This document shows positions 29,425 through 39,503 of a stretch of DNA of 64,000 nucleotides, in pieces. How positions within the stretch are numbered: position 1 is the first letter of the stretch; the number at the start of each line of letters is the position of its first letter. The translations under genes were made by a program, and so were the position numbers. The notes under the pieces were generated by a model. That model worked only from the letters and a program-made list of their open reading frames with translations. It made no database searches and was not told where the DNA came from. Source of the stretch: Dehalococcoidia bacterium (GTDB taxonomy: Bacteria > Chloroflexota > Dehalococcoidia > Plut-88900); the NCBI GenBank assembly GCA_965249275.1, contig CBDFLQ010000007.1:320001-384000 (forward strand), in the 5' to 3' direction.

Positions 29425-30351
29425 TTATCCGGTGAGCTCAATCCCCGCACCCAGCCCAGCGTACATATACGTCATCGCCGGCACCTTGTACTCGCCCCAA
29501 CGGTCCGTAAAGGCCTCCACATCCTCAGGCGACACGGCACGGCCGTCCATGAATACATTGGAAATCGTCTTTAGCAGGTACAGGTCGGACGTCGGCAGCA
29601 CGTCGTTCCGGCCAAGAGAGTGGCAGAGAATTCGCTGCGCTGTCCACACCCCAATTCCCCTGTAAGCGACCATCGTCTCCGTCACCGACTCATTGCTCAT
29701 ATCCCATAGCAAGTCCAGGTCCAGCTCGCCGAGGGCCACGGCTTTTGCCAGGTTGTGGATATACTCCGACTTCCTCGCCGAAAGTTTACATGCCTTCAGT
29801 TCCTCGACACCCGCTTCCACGAACCTTTCGGGCGTCGGCGAAAGCCAATATTCCTCGCCGTTCACATTGACCCGCTCCCCGTACTTTTCAATCAGTCTCC
29901 GCTGCATGGTCAGGGCCACCTTCGTCGAAAGCTGCTGCCCGAGTATCGTCCCGACCAGCGCCTCGAACAGGTCCGGGTCCAGACCCGGCTTCAGCCCCCG
30001 GAACCTGTCGATTGTCTTACTCAGCCCTGTATCCTTCGCCGCCATCCCATAGAAGCCGCTGAGGTCGTACGCCGTATTCAGCCGCCATTCCACCTCCGAC
30101 ACCAGCGCACCCAGCGACTCTATTTCAAGCCCCTCTCCCTCCGCACGCACCTCCAGCCTGGGCTCCTCCACACTCCCCACCGATGTCACGGACACCAACG
30201 CGGGCCTTCCCCCGGCCCTGGTCATCCGGCGCCACACGTCGTCCTCAATGCGCTCCGTCCCCAGGCCTACGGCGTACCAGCTCGCGTGTCTAGCAGTCAG
30301 CCCGAAGTCGAAGGGCGGTACGGGATCGATATGGGCGGTTAGCAATTCCAA
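29425..30351 (-). CDS. alkA: DNA-3-methyladenine glycosylase II (AlkA family)
   Basis: FEALVGTILGQQLS, RKSEYI, HhH YRGIGVWTA, LPTSD; TTG start inferred. Confidence 0.85.
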   Translation of the reverse strand: MELLTAHIDPVPPFDFGLTARHASWYAVGLGTERIEDDVWRRMTRAGGRPALVSVTSVGSVEEPRLEVRAEGEGLEIESLGALVSEVEWRLNTAYDLSGFYGMAAKDTGLSKTIDRFRGLKPGLDPDLFEALVGTILGQQLSTKVALTMQRRLIEKYGERVNVNGEEYWLSPTPERFVEAGVEELKACKLSARKSEYIHNLAKAVALGELDLDLLWDMSNESVTETMVAYRGIGVWTAQRILCHSLGRNDVLPTSDLYLLKTISNVFMDGRAVSPEDVEAFTDRWGEYKVPAMTYMYAGLGAGIELTG

Positions 30352-30413
30352 AACGCGGGCCAGTATAGCACTGCCCGTGTAGTTGCGGGCCTGGAGGGGG
30401 CGTGGCAACACTA

Positions 30414-30442
30414 TTGACACGCCGCGTATCAACTAATATAAT
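30414..30442 (+). promoter_or_regulatory. Consensus sigma70 promoter of hspR-grpE-dnaK with overlapping HAIR-like inverted repeat
   Basis: TTGACA-N17-TATAAT; TTGACA-N7-TATCAA (30414-30432). Confidence 0.8.
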
Positions 30443-30491
30443 CCGTATAGCATTAAATGCCGTATCACATAGACAAGAAGGGGCGGTGCAA

Positions 30492-30839
30492 ATGAGACGA
30501 GAGGGCGTGTACGTCATGCGGGTCGCCTCCCGACTTTCCGGGATGCACCCCCAGACTCTGCGTAAATACGAACGGTTCGGGCTGCTAGCCCCCACGAGAA
30601 TCGGGGCCCTGCGCATGTACTCCGATGCCGACATCGCCCTGCTAAAGATGATAAAGTATTTGATTGGAAATCTGGGACTCAATCTTGCAGGAGTGGAATT
30701 GGCAATGGCGATGAGATCGGGCTTGAAAGCGCTGCAGCGGCAGGCCGAAGACCTGCCCGGCGATTCGCCTTCGAGACACAACATGGGCCGCACCATCGAG
30801 CAGATGCTCCGCATAATCGAAGCCCCGGATGCACGGTGA
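30492..30839 (+). CDS. hspR: MerR-family heat-shock repressor HspR
   Basis: VYVMRVASRLSGMHPQTLRKYERFGLLAP.R...RMYS..D; LGLNLAGV; directly upstream of grpE-dnaK. Confidence 0.82.
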   Translation: MRREGVYVMRVASRLSGMHPQTLRKYERFGLLAPTRIGALRMYSDADIALLKMIKYLIGNLGLNLAGVELAMAMRSGLKALQRQAEDLPGDSPSRHNMGRTIEQMLRIIEAPDAR

Positions 30840-31398
30840 CAAAATGTCATTAGACGACGATTTTAGCCAGTTCATAAAAGGCCCCGCCGGCTCCGAGTCA
30901 GGCCTCAGCGCCCGGCTCGAAGAGCTCGAGCAGGAAGTCAACCGCTTGCGGGAAGCGCTTAATCGCAACCGCGCTGAGCACCTGAACTATAAGCGCCGTA
31001 TGGAGGAAGCCGAGACCCACCGCACTGCACAGGCAGCCGCCCTGCTCACATCCAGTTTGCTGCCGGTCCTCGACGATCTGGACCGAGCCGCGGGAGCCGG
31101 CCCGGCCACGGGTCGGGTCAGTGTTGTAAGTGCGCAGGAAAGGGTCTGGAAAGAAGGAATGGAACTGATCCGGGAAAAGCTGATGGCCATTCTGGAGAAA
31201 GAGGGTCTTCGCAAGGTCAAGGCAATGGGCGAACCCTTCAATCCCGTCCTGCACGAAGCCGTCGCCCCCCACCCCACCCATACCATACCGGAAGACACCA
31301 TTGTCGCCGTTCAGCAGCACGGATATACACTCAACGGTACGCTCCTCAGACCCGCCAAAGTTACGGTCGCCCGCAGACCGGAGCGCCCTCGATATTAG
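30829..31398 (+). CDS. grpE: Nucleotide exchange factor GrpE
   Basis: AEHLNYKRR, LLPVLDDLDRA, GEPFNPVLHEAV, GYTLNGTLLRPAKVTVA. Confidence 0.92.
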   Translation: MHGDKMSLDDDFSQFIKGPAGSESGLSARLEELEQEVNRLREALNRNRAEHLNYKRRMEEAETHRTAQAAALLTSSLLPVLDDLDRAAGAGPATGRVSVVSAQERVWKEGMELIREKLMAILEKEGLRKVKAMGEPFNPVLHEAVAPHPTHTIPEDTIVAVQQHGYTLNGTLLRPAKVTVARRPERPRY

Positions 31399-31437
31399 AA
31401 TTTATAAGCCGTAGGAGGCTACGGAGGTAGAACAAAA

Positions 31438-33360
31438 ATGGCAAAGGTAATAGGAATAGATCTCGGGACCACTAACTCTTGCATGGCCGTCATGGAGGCG
31501 GGCGAGCCCAGCGTCGTCGAAAACGCAGAGGGCGCCCGCACGACCCCATCCATGGTCGGCGTAAACTCCAAGAGCGGCGAACGCTATGTTGGCACCACCG
31601 CCAAACGCCAGGCCGTCACCAATCCCGACAACACGGTGTTCTCCATCAAGCGCATGATTGGCCGGAAATTCGGCGACGTCGAAGTACAAGGCGACATCAA
31701 GCTCATGCCCTACAAGATCGTCCAGGCCGCCAACGGCGACGCCCATGTCCAGATCTCGGGCAAGACTTACTCGCCACCCGAGATCTCGGCAATGATTCTC
31801 CGCAAGCTCAAGGAGGATGCCGAGGCCAAGCTCGGTGAAACCATCACCGAGGCCGTCATCACCGTACCCGCTTACTTCAATGACAGCCAGAGGCAGGCCA
31901 CCAAGGACTCCGGCCGCATCGCCGGTCTTGAAGTCCTCCGAATCATCAACGAGCCAACCGCCGCCGCCCTCGCCTACGGCCTCGACAAAGAAGGTGAGAA
32001 GACCATCGCCGTCTACGACCTCGGCGGCGGCACTTTCGACGTCTCCATCCTGCAGATAGGCGAGGGTGTGTTCGAGGTCAAGTCCACAAACGGTGACACC
32101 CATCTCGGCGGTGACGACTTCGACCAGCGCATCATCGACTGGCTAGTCGCCGAGTTCAAGCGTGACCAGGGTATCGACCTCCGACAGGACCGCATGGCCC
32201 TCCAGAGGCTCAAGGAGGGCGCCGAGAAGGCCAAGTGCGAACTCTCCACCGTTATCGAGACGGAGATCAACCTTCCCTTCATCACCGCTGACTCCTCGGG
32301 CCCCAAGCACATGAATATCTCCCTTTCCAGGGCTAAGCTTGAACAGCTTGTCGGCGACTTGGTCGACAGGACGGAAGGTCCTTGCCGCAGCGCCCTCCGG
32401 GACGCCGACATCAACGCTGCTCAAGTGGACGAAGTCGTCCTTGTCGGCGGCCAGACCCGCATGCCTGCCGTATTCGAAAAGGTGAAGAGCGTTTTCGGCA
32501 AGGAGCCTCACAAGGGCGTCAATCCCGACGAGGTCGTGGCTATCGGCGCGGGCATTCAGGCCGGCGTGCTCAAGGGAGACGTCCAGGACATTCTTCTTCT
32601 CGACGTCACCCCACTCACGCTCGGCATCGAGACCCTCGGCGGCGTGGCAACCCCTCTGATCAACCGCAACACCACTATCCCCACCTCAAAGTCCCAGGTC
32701 TTCTCCACCGCCTCCGACAACCAGCCCAGCGTCGACGTCCACGTCATCCAGGGCGAGCGTTCCATGGCTCAGCAGAACAAGACCATCGGCCGCTTCCTCC
32801 TCGATGGCATCCTCCCCGCCCCCCGGGGCTTGCCCCAAATCGAGGTCACCTTCGACATAGATGCCAACGGCATCCTCAACGTCTCCGCCAAGGACACGGG
32901 CACGGGCAAGGAGCAGAAGATCACCATCACCGCCAGCTCCGGCCTTGAAAAAGACGAGGTCGAGCGCATGGTCAGGGAGGCCGAGTCCAACGCCGAGGAT
33001 GACCGCCGTAAAAAAGAAGAGGTTGAGACCCGCAACAACGCAGACTCCCTAGCCTACGCCGCTGAAAAGATGCTCCGGGACAACGCCGATAAAGTCCCCG
33101 CTGACCTCAAAGCAGAGGTAGAGGGCAAGATCGCACAGGTGCGCTCGGCACTCCAGTCCGGGGATACCGACCAGATTAAGCGCTCCACCGACGAGCTTCA
33201 GGAGTCCATGCAGAAAGTCGGGGCTGCCGTCTACAGCCAGCAACAGTCCCAAGGCCCGACTGATGGCGCAGACCCGTCAGGTGGCCCACAGCCCGGCGGC
33301 CCGGGCCCTGATGGCCCGTCCCAGTCCGGCACCGTGGAAGGTGAATTCCGCGAAGTTTAA
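31438..33360 (+). CDS. dnaK: Chaperone DnaK
   Basis: [34 protein letters not shown]. Confidence 0.98.
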   Translation: MAKVIGIDLGTTNSCMAVMEAGEPSVVENAEGARTTPSMVGVNSKSGERYVGTTAKRQAVTNPDNTVFSIKRMIGRKFGDVEVQGDIKLMPYKIVQAANGDAHVQISGKTYSPPEISAMILRKLKEDAEAKLGETITEAVITVPAYFNDSQRQATKDSGRIAGLEVLRIINEPTAAALAYGLDKEGEKTIAVYDLGGGTFDVSILQIGEGVFEVKSTNGDTHLGGDDFDQRIIDWLVAEFKRDQGIDLRQDRMALQRLKEGAEKAKCELSTVIETEINLPFITADSSGPKHMNISLSRAKLEQLVGDLVDRTEGPCRSALRDADINAAQVDEVVLVGGQTRMPAVFEKVKSVFGKEPHKGVNPDEVVAIGAGIQAGVLKGDVQDILLLDVTPLTLGIETLGGVATPLINRNTTIPTSKSQVFSTASDNQPSVDVHVIQGERSMAQQNKTIGRFLLDGILPAPRGLPQIEVTFDIDANGILNVSAKDTGTGKEQKITITASSGLEKDEVERMVREAESNAEDDRRKKEEVETRNNADSLAYAAEKMLRDNADKVPADLKAEVEGKIAQVRSALQSGDTDQIKRSTDELQESMQKVGAAVYSQQQSQGPTDGADPSGGPQPGGPGPDGPSQSGTVEGEFREV

Positions 33361-33383
33361 CCCCTTCCTCATCCACAAAAGTC

Positions 33384-33424
33384 AAACGATGACCCGACAT
33401 GCTGAGCATGTCGGGTCATCGTTT
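33384..33424. terminator. Perfect 20-bp inverted repeat after dnaK
   Basis: AAACGATGACCCGACATGCT-G-AGCATGTCGGGTCATCGTTT. Confidence 0.85.
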
Positions 33425-33636
33425 CTTTCGGTGTAGGGGGGTGTCCCCTCCACTTCACTCCACTCCCGCCACCACTGTTGCTCCTGCGTTCTCAGACCAA
33501 CGAATGGGAACCCCGCCCGGAATCCACTCGACCCTTCGACCCTGCTCAGGATGAGCGGATTCCTACCCCACTCCCACCCCCGGATTCCTGCCTCCGCAGG
33601 AATTACGGAGGAAGAAGAGGTGTTTCGCTCCCTTTT

Positions 33637-34980
33637 CTACCCCACCCCGGCCAAAACCGCCGCACCCGTGCTCTCCGAGCCCGGATGCCCCGGCGCTCCG
33701 TAAAGCGGGCACCCCGTGCAGCTCCGCGTCGACCCGCACGGCGCAACGTGTCCCTGCCCAGATCCAGTCAAGGAATTTGTGCTGGTCTCAGGCGTTGGTT
33801 CCTGGAACAGATCCAGCCGTAGCTGCTTCGCCTTCGGGGGCCGATGACCGGGAAACACCAGGAAAGGCCATGCCCGCTTCTTGATAACCCCCATCAACCG
33901 CAGGTCTCGCCACGAATCGATGGAATGCTGCCTGCGTTGCCTCAGGATCCGGTCCACCGCCGTCGGCCCCACACCCGGGGCTCGAAGCAACTGGGCTTTC
34001 GTAGAGTGATTTATGTCTATTGGAAAGGCGTCCAAGTTCTCCATGGCAATGACTGTCTTGGGGTCCCGGTCCATGGACAGATACCCCGATTCATCGAAGG
34101 CCATCTCGATCTCTTCGTTGGAAAACTTGTATATCCGCTTGAGCCAGTCCATCTGGTAAAGCCGGTGCGACCGCGTCATGGACGTAGCCGGGTGCTCTTC
34201 AAGGGGCGTGTAGGGCACCGGCTGAAAGTTGGAGTAGTAGGCCCGCTTGAGGTTCCATTCCCCATAAAGCTGGTCTACTCGGTGAAAAATTTCCCGGTCC
34301 GACTCATTGGCCGCGCCCACCACGAACTGGGTGGCCTGACCCACCGCCCCACCCGTCTTCTCCCGGTTCAGGTCGTTGATCCATTCCATCGGCGCCAGGA
34401 TGTCCCGCTCCAGGTCCTTCATCTTGCTCAGTGTGCGCATCCTCTCGGCAGTCGGCGTCTCAATATTGACCGAAAGCCGGGTCCCGAGCTTGTGCGCCGC
34501 CTCGATGTACTGCCGCTCTGTGCCCGGCATCACCTTCATGTGGATGTAGCCCTTGAATCCGTACCGTTCACGGATAATCTGCACCACGTCGATCAGTTTC
34601 GCCGTGGTCTTGGACCCGGTTCCCGCCACCCCCGAGCTCAGGAACAGGCCGTCCACCGTATGCCGCTGGTGTAACTCCATAAAGGTGCGCGCCAGCTCCT
34701 CCCGCTTGAAGGCGAACCTCTTCCTCGGGACCCAGTGGCTGTTGGGGCAGAAGTGGCAGTCCATCTTGCAGAAGTCGGTGAACATTACCCGCAACAGGCT
34801 TATGGTCTTGCCATTGGGCATCGACGCCTTGTAGACGCCGGGCAGCGGGTTCTTCTTCGGGTCCGAATAGGGCCTGCGCTCCTTGGATTTCCTCTGGGGT
34901 TGGGACAGAACATCGTCGCTGGCCATTCCTCCCAGCAGTTGGAGCTTTTCATAGGTGTCGGGCGTACGTCTGATGAGCAT
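33637..34980 (-). CDS. Radical SAM + HhH putative DNA modification/repair protein (TIGR03916-like)
   Basis: CKMDCHFC, GLFLSSGV, GYIHMKVMPG, RLSVNIE, HRLYQMDWL, LLRAPGVGP; GGAGG RBS before ATG 34980. Confidence 0.88.
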   Translation of the reverse strand: MLIRRTPDTYEKLQLLGGMASDDVLSQPQRKSKERRPYSDPKKNPLPGVYKASMPNGKTISLLRVMFTDFCKMDCHFCPNSHWVPRKRFAFKREELARTFMELHQRHTVDGLFLSSGVAGTGSKTTAKLIDVVQIIRERYGFKGYIHMKVMPGTERQYIEAAHKLGTRLSVNIETPTAERMRTLSKMKDLERDILAPMEWINDLNREKTGGAVGQATQFVVGAANESDREIFHRVDQLYGEWNLKRAYYSNFQPVPYTPLEEHPATSMTRSHRLYQMDWLKRIYKFSNEEIEMAFDESGYLSMDRDPKTVIAMENLDAFPIDINHSTKAQLLRAPGVGPTAVDRILRQRRQHSIDSWRDLRLMGVIKKRAWPFLVFPGHRPPKAKQLRLDLFQEPTPETSTNSLTGSGQGHVAPCGSTRSCTGCPLYGAPGHPGSESTGAAVLAGVG

Positions 34981-34999
34981 GGTGTATTCCTCCTCTAAT

Positions 35000-35013
35000 A
35001 GAACTTGTGTTCT
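35000..35013. promoter_or_regulatory. LexA (SOS) box
   Basis: Perfect AGAAC-TTGT-GTTCT about 20 bp upstream of the radical SAM gene start. Confidence 0.8.
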
Positions 35014-35114
35014 TATAGAATACATCAGGTTGTCAAGGGGTCACACATAGGCATGGAAGTGGATGGTTGGTTGGTGGCGAGGCAGGTGTTGGTAGGGCCT
35101 ACGCTTTAGATGCC

Positions 35115-35390
35115 TCCCGCCTGAGGCGGACCCTCCAGAGGCGGATGTTCCACTTTCAGCGCGGGGCCTCGGAATGACGGGGGAAAGGAGGGTGGGGTGC
35201 GTGGCTGGTCGAAGGGGGTGCGTGGTGTCCTGGGCGTGAGGGCGATCGGCCAATCGCCCCTACGGAAGGGGACACCACCCCATTCCGTTCTTGAGACCCT
35301 TCGACTCGGCTCCCGCCTCAGCGGATCTGCGACAGGGCGAACGGAATTCCTCACCCATGGATTACCATGTCGGGGCACGAGAATGACGGG
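35115..35390. repeat. Cluster of REP-like repeats
   Basis: Shares blocks with 25983-26036, 20301-20330, 29322-29342 and 33531-33560. Confidence 0.7.
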
Positions 35391-35425
35391 GAAACTGGGA
35401 AGGGCTGACGGATCGGACGCCGTTC

Positions 35426-36532
35426 TTAGGTTATCCCGTACAGCCGAGCACAGTTGTCCCACATCGTCTTCCTCCTCATCGAGCCGGACAAAGGAAGCTC
35501 CATGAACAGGTCCACGGCATGGGGGAACTTTGAGTCGGGGTGTGGGTAATCGGTGGAGAGGACCAGGTTGTCGTCCAGACCGTAGCTCTCCACCATAGCC
35601 GCGGGTGATTCCTCGGGCTCCACGGATACGAAGCACTGCCGTTTGAAGTAGTCCCCCGGAGTCATCGTGAGGCTTGGCGCCTCCATCTTCCCCGAAAACT
35701 CGAAGTGATCGTCCATCCGCCACATCAGCCACGGGACCCAGGAGCAGTTGGCTTCCAGGAACGCCACACGCAGCGACGGAAACCGCTCCAACACCCCTCC
35801 CCCAATCATGCTTACCGCAGCCATCATCATCTCCATCGAGTGACAACACGTGTGAAACAGCCAGTAGTCTCCCTCGAACTGGGACCCGGCCTCCGGCATC
35901 GGGACGTGCGACCCCTCATGAAACCCGACCGACGCATCCAGTCTCTCTACTTCTTCCCACAGCGGATCGTAGCAAGGGTCGTGCCAGTTCTTCCCCAGGT
36001 ACAGGTTGGGCCTCAGGAATACACCCCTGAACCCGAGTTCCTCCACGCACCGCTTCACTTCCTTGACCGCCTCACCCACATCCGTCGGGAAAACCATGCC
36101 AATGCCTTTCATCCGGTCCGGGAAAGGGCTGCAAAAGTCCGACATCCAATCGTTGTACGCCCTGGCTATCGCCGCCCCGAAACCCGCGTCCAGCTTATCC
36201 GTAGCCACTGCGAAAAGCCCTCTGGATGGGTACATCAGCGCCATGTCCATGCCCTCACGGTCCATGGCCCGCACCTGGGAGCCCGGGTCCCAGCCGCTGT
36301 CTATAGGGTCTTGATAGGCATCCAGAGGCCCGGCCTTCTCCTCGAAAAGGTCATCATGGACGTCCCTTGGGATCTGTTCCCCGTCGATCTCTACACACAA
36401 GTCCTGCTGGTAACGAGCCATGCCCACGGGCGCGCGCTCCATGTACTCCGGGTCTATGTAACGTTGCCACAGATCCACCGGCTCGATGACGTGCATATCC
36501 GAGTCCATGAACTTCAAGCCATTCTTGCTCAT
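35426..36532 (-). CDS. Amidohydrolase_2 family protein
   Basis: DSDMHVIEP, YNDW, GFHEG, LEAN, STDYPHPD. Confidence 0.9.
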   Translation of the reverse strand: MSKNGLKFMDSDMHVIEPVDLWQRYIDPEYMERAPVGMARYQQDLCVEIDGEQIPRDVHDDLFEEKAGPLDAYQDPIDSGWDPGSQVRAMDREGMDMALMYPSRGLFAVATDKLDAGFGAAIARAYNDWMSDFCSPFPDRMKGIGMVFPTDVGEAVKEVKRCVEELGFRGVFLRPNLYLGKNWHDPCYDPLWEEVERLDASVGFHEGSHVPMPEAGSQFEGDYWLFHTCCHSMEMMMAAVSMIGGGVLERFPSLRVAFLEANCSWVPWLMWRMDDHFEFSGKMEAPSLTMTPGDYFKRQCFVSVEPEESPAAMVESYGLDDNLVLSTDYPHPDSKFPHAVDLFMELPLSGSMRRKTMWDNCARLYGIT

Positions 36533-36940
36533 ATTCTCCCCTCCCATGCCAATGCCCTTATGTCGATTCCCGTGCCTAATTATATACGCTCAGTCTCCTC
36601 TCTCACCCGGCCATGTGACATAGTCCCCTTACTTCACCCGTCAGCTGCCTCTATAATGCCACTTGCCCATGCATCTCCTCTTTCCCTTTTTTCTGAGCCC
36701 CTTGCCCCGGCGGACGCGCGAAGAATCTACTGCGGATCAATCAGACAGGCACGGTTTCTTGATTGAGACAATCAAACCCCATCACGAAGCCTTGCTAAGA
36801 CTCCCATCCCGGTACCCCTGAAAGGAGCCCCATCCCTGCCACTCCGAACGATTGCATGTGAGTGACTAACGAACTCGAAAGGGATAAACTACCCCCCGGA
36901 CTATCCCCCAGTCTGCATATTGAAAAGGAGACCCCTACCC

Positions 36941-37141
36941 ATGGAAGGCGCTACCATCCAGCCCACCCAGGACGGCCCCTACGAGGTCACCGGCGAATTC
37001 ACCGTAGTCGACCACAACGGGAAGGAATATAAGAAGCGCAAGAAAGTGTTCCTTTGCCGTTGCGGCGGGTCCGCCATGAAGCCCTACTGCGACGGCACCC
37101 ACGTATCCAACGGTTTCAAGGACGCGTCGGAAGCCAAGTAA
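36941..37141 (+). CDS. CDGSH iron-sulfur domain protein
   Basis: DGPYEV, LCRCGGSAMKPYCDGTH. Confidence 0.9.
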   Translation: MEGATIQPTQDGPYEVTGEFTVVDHNGKEYKKRKKVFLCRCGGSAMKPYCDGTHVSNGFKDASEAK

Positions 37142-37161
37142 CCGACCCTCGGAGTTCAGCC

Positions 37162-38310
37162 ATGCGCTTCGACAGCACCGTCTACTACCACTTCGGCGAG
37201 GTCTATCCCTGGGACAAACTTACCGATGAGTTTCGGGAAATCGCCGGCATTCTCGACCAGGCCGGCTTCACTACCGTGTGGCTCGCCGAGCACCATTTCT
37301 CCTGGGACGGCTGGAACCGAGCAATGACCAACCCCATCCTTGTCGGCGCCGACCTCGCCGCCCACACCCAGCGCATCCGCGTCGGCCAGTGTGGCGTCAT
37401 CCTCCCCGACTGGCATCCCATCCGCGTCGCCGAAGACATCGCCATGCTCGACAACATGACCAAGGGTCGCGTCGACTTCGGCATCGCCCGCGGCTACGAC
37501 AGCCGTTCCGCCCTCCAGTTCAACGTCCACGCCGACAGGTTGAACGCCGGTCAGAACTACGCCCTCTTCGCCGAGACCCTGGACATCATTAAGCGCGCGT
37601 GGACAGAAGAAGTCTTCCGCCACGAAGGCAAGTTCTACACCTTCCCCGTACCCGGCTGGAAAGAGCCGAATCCCGTGACCCATGACCCCCGCTTCCACAA
37701 CGAGGACGGCGAGATGGTCGCCTTCAGCGTCTACCCCAAACCCTTTCAGAAACCCCACCCTCCCATCTACCAGATGGCCGATTCCGTCACGTCCCACAAA
37801 TTCGCGGCGGCCCGGGACGTTGGTGTTATCAGCATGCGCAGCACCATGGAGAAGATCAAAGAGCACTGGGCCGGCTACGCGGAGACCGCCAACGACGTGC
37901 TGCTTGGCCCGAACCCCGCGCCCCGGAAGCTGGCCGTAATGCGGCCCACATATGTGGCCGAGACCCGAGAGCAGGCCATACAGGACATTCGGGAGGGGCT
38001 CAACTACCGTGAGAGGCTCACTTCCACCGACATACCCCGATCTCGAAAGGCGATGCTCTCCGAGGGAGAGTTCACGGAAGACGACCTGCTCGCGGACTGC
38101 TTTGAATTTGAGGACTCCCGCAACTTGATATTCGTCGGTACCCCGGACTCCGTGTCGGAGCAGATCGAGAGGTATCAGGAAGAGCTCGGACTTGACCACC
38201 TGGTACTCTTCCACAACATTCCCGGTCTCACCCACGAAAAGGTGATGAAAAGCCTATCCCTCTTCTCCGAAAAGGTGCTGCCCCGCTTCCAGAACGGCCC
38301 CGCAGCCTGA
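37162..38310 (+). CDS. Luciferase-like (LLM class) flavin-dependent oxidoreductase
   Basis: WLAEHHF, HPIRVAEDIAMLD, GRVDFGIARGY, PKPFQKPHPP, VGTPD. Confidence 0.92.
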   Translation: MRFDSTVYYHFGEVYPWDKLTDEFREIAGILDQAGFTTVWLAEHHFSWDGWNRAMTNPILVGADLAAHTQRIRVGQCGVILPDWHPIRVAEDIAMLDNMTKGRVDFGIARGYDSRSALQFNVHADRLNAGQNYALFAETLDIIKRAWTEEVFRHEGKFYTFPVPGWKEPNPVTHDPRFHNEDGEMVAFSVYPKPFQKPHPPIYQMADSVTSHKFAAARDVGVISMRSTMEKIKEHWAGYAETANDVLLGPNPAPRKLAVMRPTYVAETREQAIQDIREGLNYRERLTSTDIPRSRKAMLSEGEFTEDDLLADCFEFEDSRNLIFVGTPDSVSEQIERYQEELGLDHLVLFHNIPGLTHEKVMKSLSLFSEKVLPRFQNGPAA

Positions 38311-38348
38311 GCCCTTATCCCATCAACCCTCGAAAGCCTGGTCTGCCC

Positions 38349-39125
38349 CTACCAGACGCTCCAGCCGCCATCCACCACTATAGTCTGCCCCGTGATGAAA
38401 CTGGAGTCCCTCGCCGCCAGGAAAAGCAGCGCAGTCTTCAACTCCTTCGGCCTGCCCTGCCTCCGCATCGGCGTCCGGTACTTTATCTCCTCCGCATCCG
38501 GGTTCCCCCCGACAAACGACTGCTCGCTTGGGAAGTAACCTGGCGCCAGGGCGTTCACAGTCACCCCACGGTCGGCCCACTGGATAGCGCAGGCCCGTGT
38601 CAGTCCCACCACGCTATGCTTCGAGATCGAGTATGCCCACGACGGACCCTGCGGCACTCCCCCAACCACCCCCAGCACCGAGGACAAATTGATAACTCGA
38701 CCGTATCCTCGGGCCAGCATCTCCTTGCCTACCCGGTGCGCCAGCATCGCAGATCCGATCACGTTAGTCTCCATGACCGCATCATAGGCATTGAAATCTG
38801 CGTCAGTAGCGCTCTTCGCCTCAAACAGGGAGACCCCGGCGTTGTTGACCAGTATGTCGATCTTTCCGTATTCGGCCAGCACCCGATCTACGAAAGTGTC
38901 TATCTGTTTAGGATCCGTCACGTCGGCTTTTACAGCAAGGCAGCGTCGGCCCAGGGCTCGGACCATTTCCGCCGTCTCTTCCATCTTCTCCACCCTGCGG
39001 GCACAGACGGCCAAGTCCGCACCCGCTTCGGCCAAAGCCTCGCAGAACGTCACACCCAGCCCCGACGACGCACCCGTCACGATCGCCGTCTGTCCGCTAA
39101 GATCAAACAGGTCATTATTAGCCAT
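38349..39125 (-). CDS. SDR family oxidoreductase
   Basis: TGASSGLG, NNAG, YSISK, VNALAPGYFPS, VDGG. Confidence 0.92.
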   Translation of the reverse strand: MANNDLFDLSGQTAIVTGASSGLGVTFCEALAEAGADLAVCARRVEKMEETAEMVRALGRRCLAVKADVTDPKQIDTFVDRVLAEYGKIDILVNNAGVSLFEAKSATDADFNAYDAVMETNVIGSAMLAHRVGKEMLARGYGRVINLSSVLGVVGGVPQGPSWAYSISKHSVVGLTRACAIQWADRGVTVNALAPGYFPSEQSFVGGNPDAEEIKYRTPMRRQGRPKELKTALLFLAARDSSFITGQTIVVDGGWSVW

Positions 39126-39503
39126 TTTTCCTCGCTTAGCGGGCTCGGAATACCAATCCTGCATTCCCGCTTTACCCTTCGGACGCCAAGCATAATTTGA
39201 CAGCATGGAAACCGCAAACTTACAATTACCTGATATTCGGCCAAAAAGGCCGATCCAAGACGACTGTGGGAGATGGCGGAAAGTTTGTTTATTTCCACAG
39301 AGTTGGAATACTTCTGTCCCCTGACCCGAATGCTCGAAACTCTTCGGTTTCGGCCACAAAACTTTGCTGGCCGAGTCCTTTCCCCGTGGTCTTCGAAATC
39401 TAGGAGGTGGACTATGCCCGACACCTAGTCACCAACTTCCGTTCATTTGAAGACTCAGGGCAGGCTGCTTGGCCTGCAACCAATCACAACGAAAGGCAGT
39501 GCA

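Noticed and set aside
30360-30490. CIRCE element before the chaperone operon
   Set aside because: No TTAGCACTC-N9-GAGTGCTAA match; only TAGCA fragments.
36550-36940. Possible ncRNA in the long divergent intergenic region
   Set aside because: No recognisable RNA motif or convincing stem pattern by eye.
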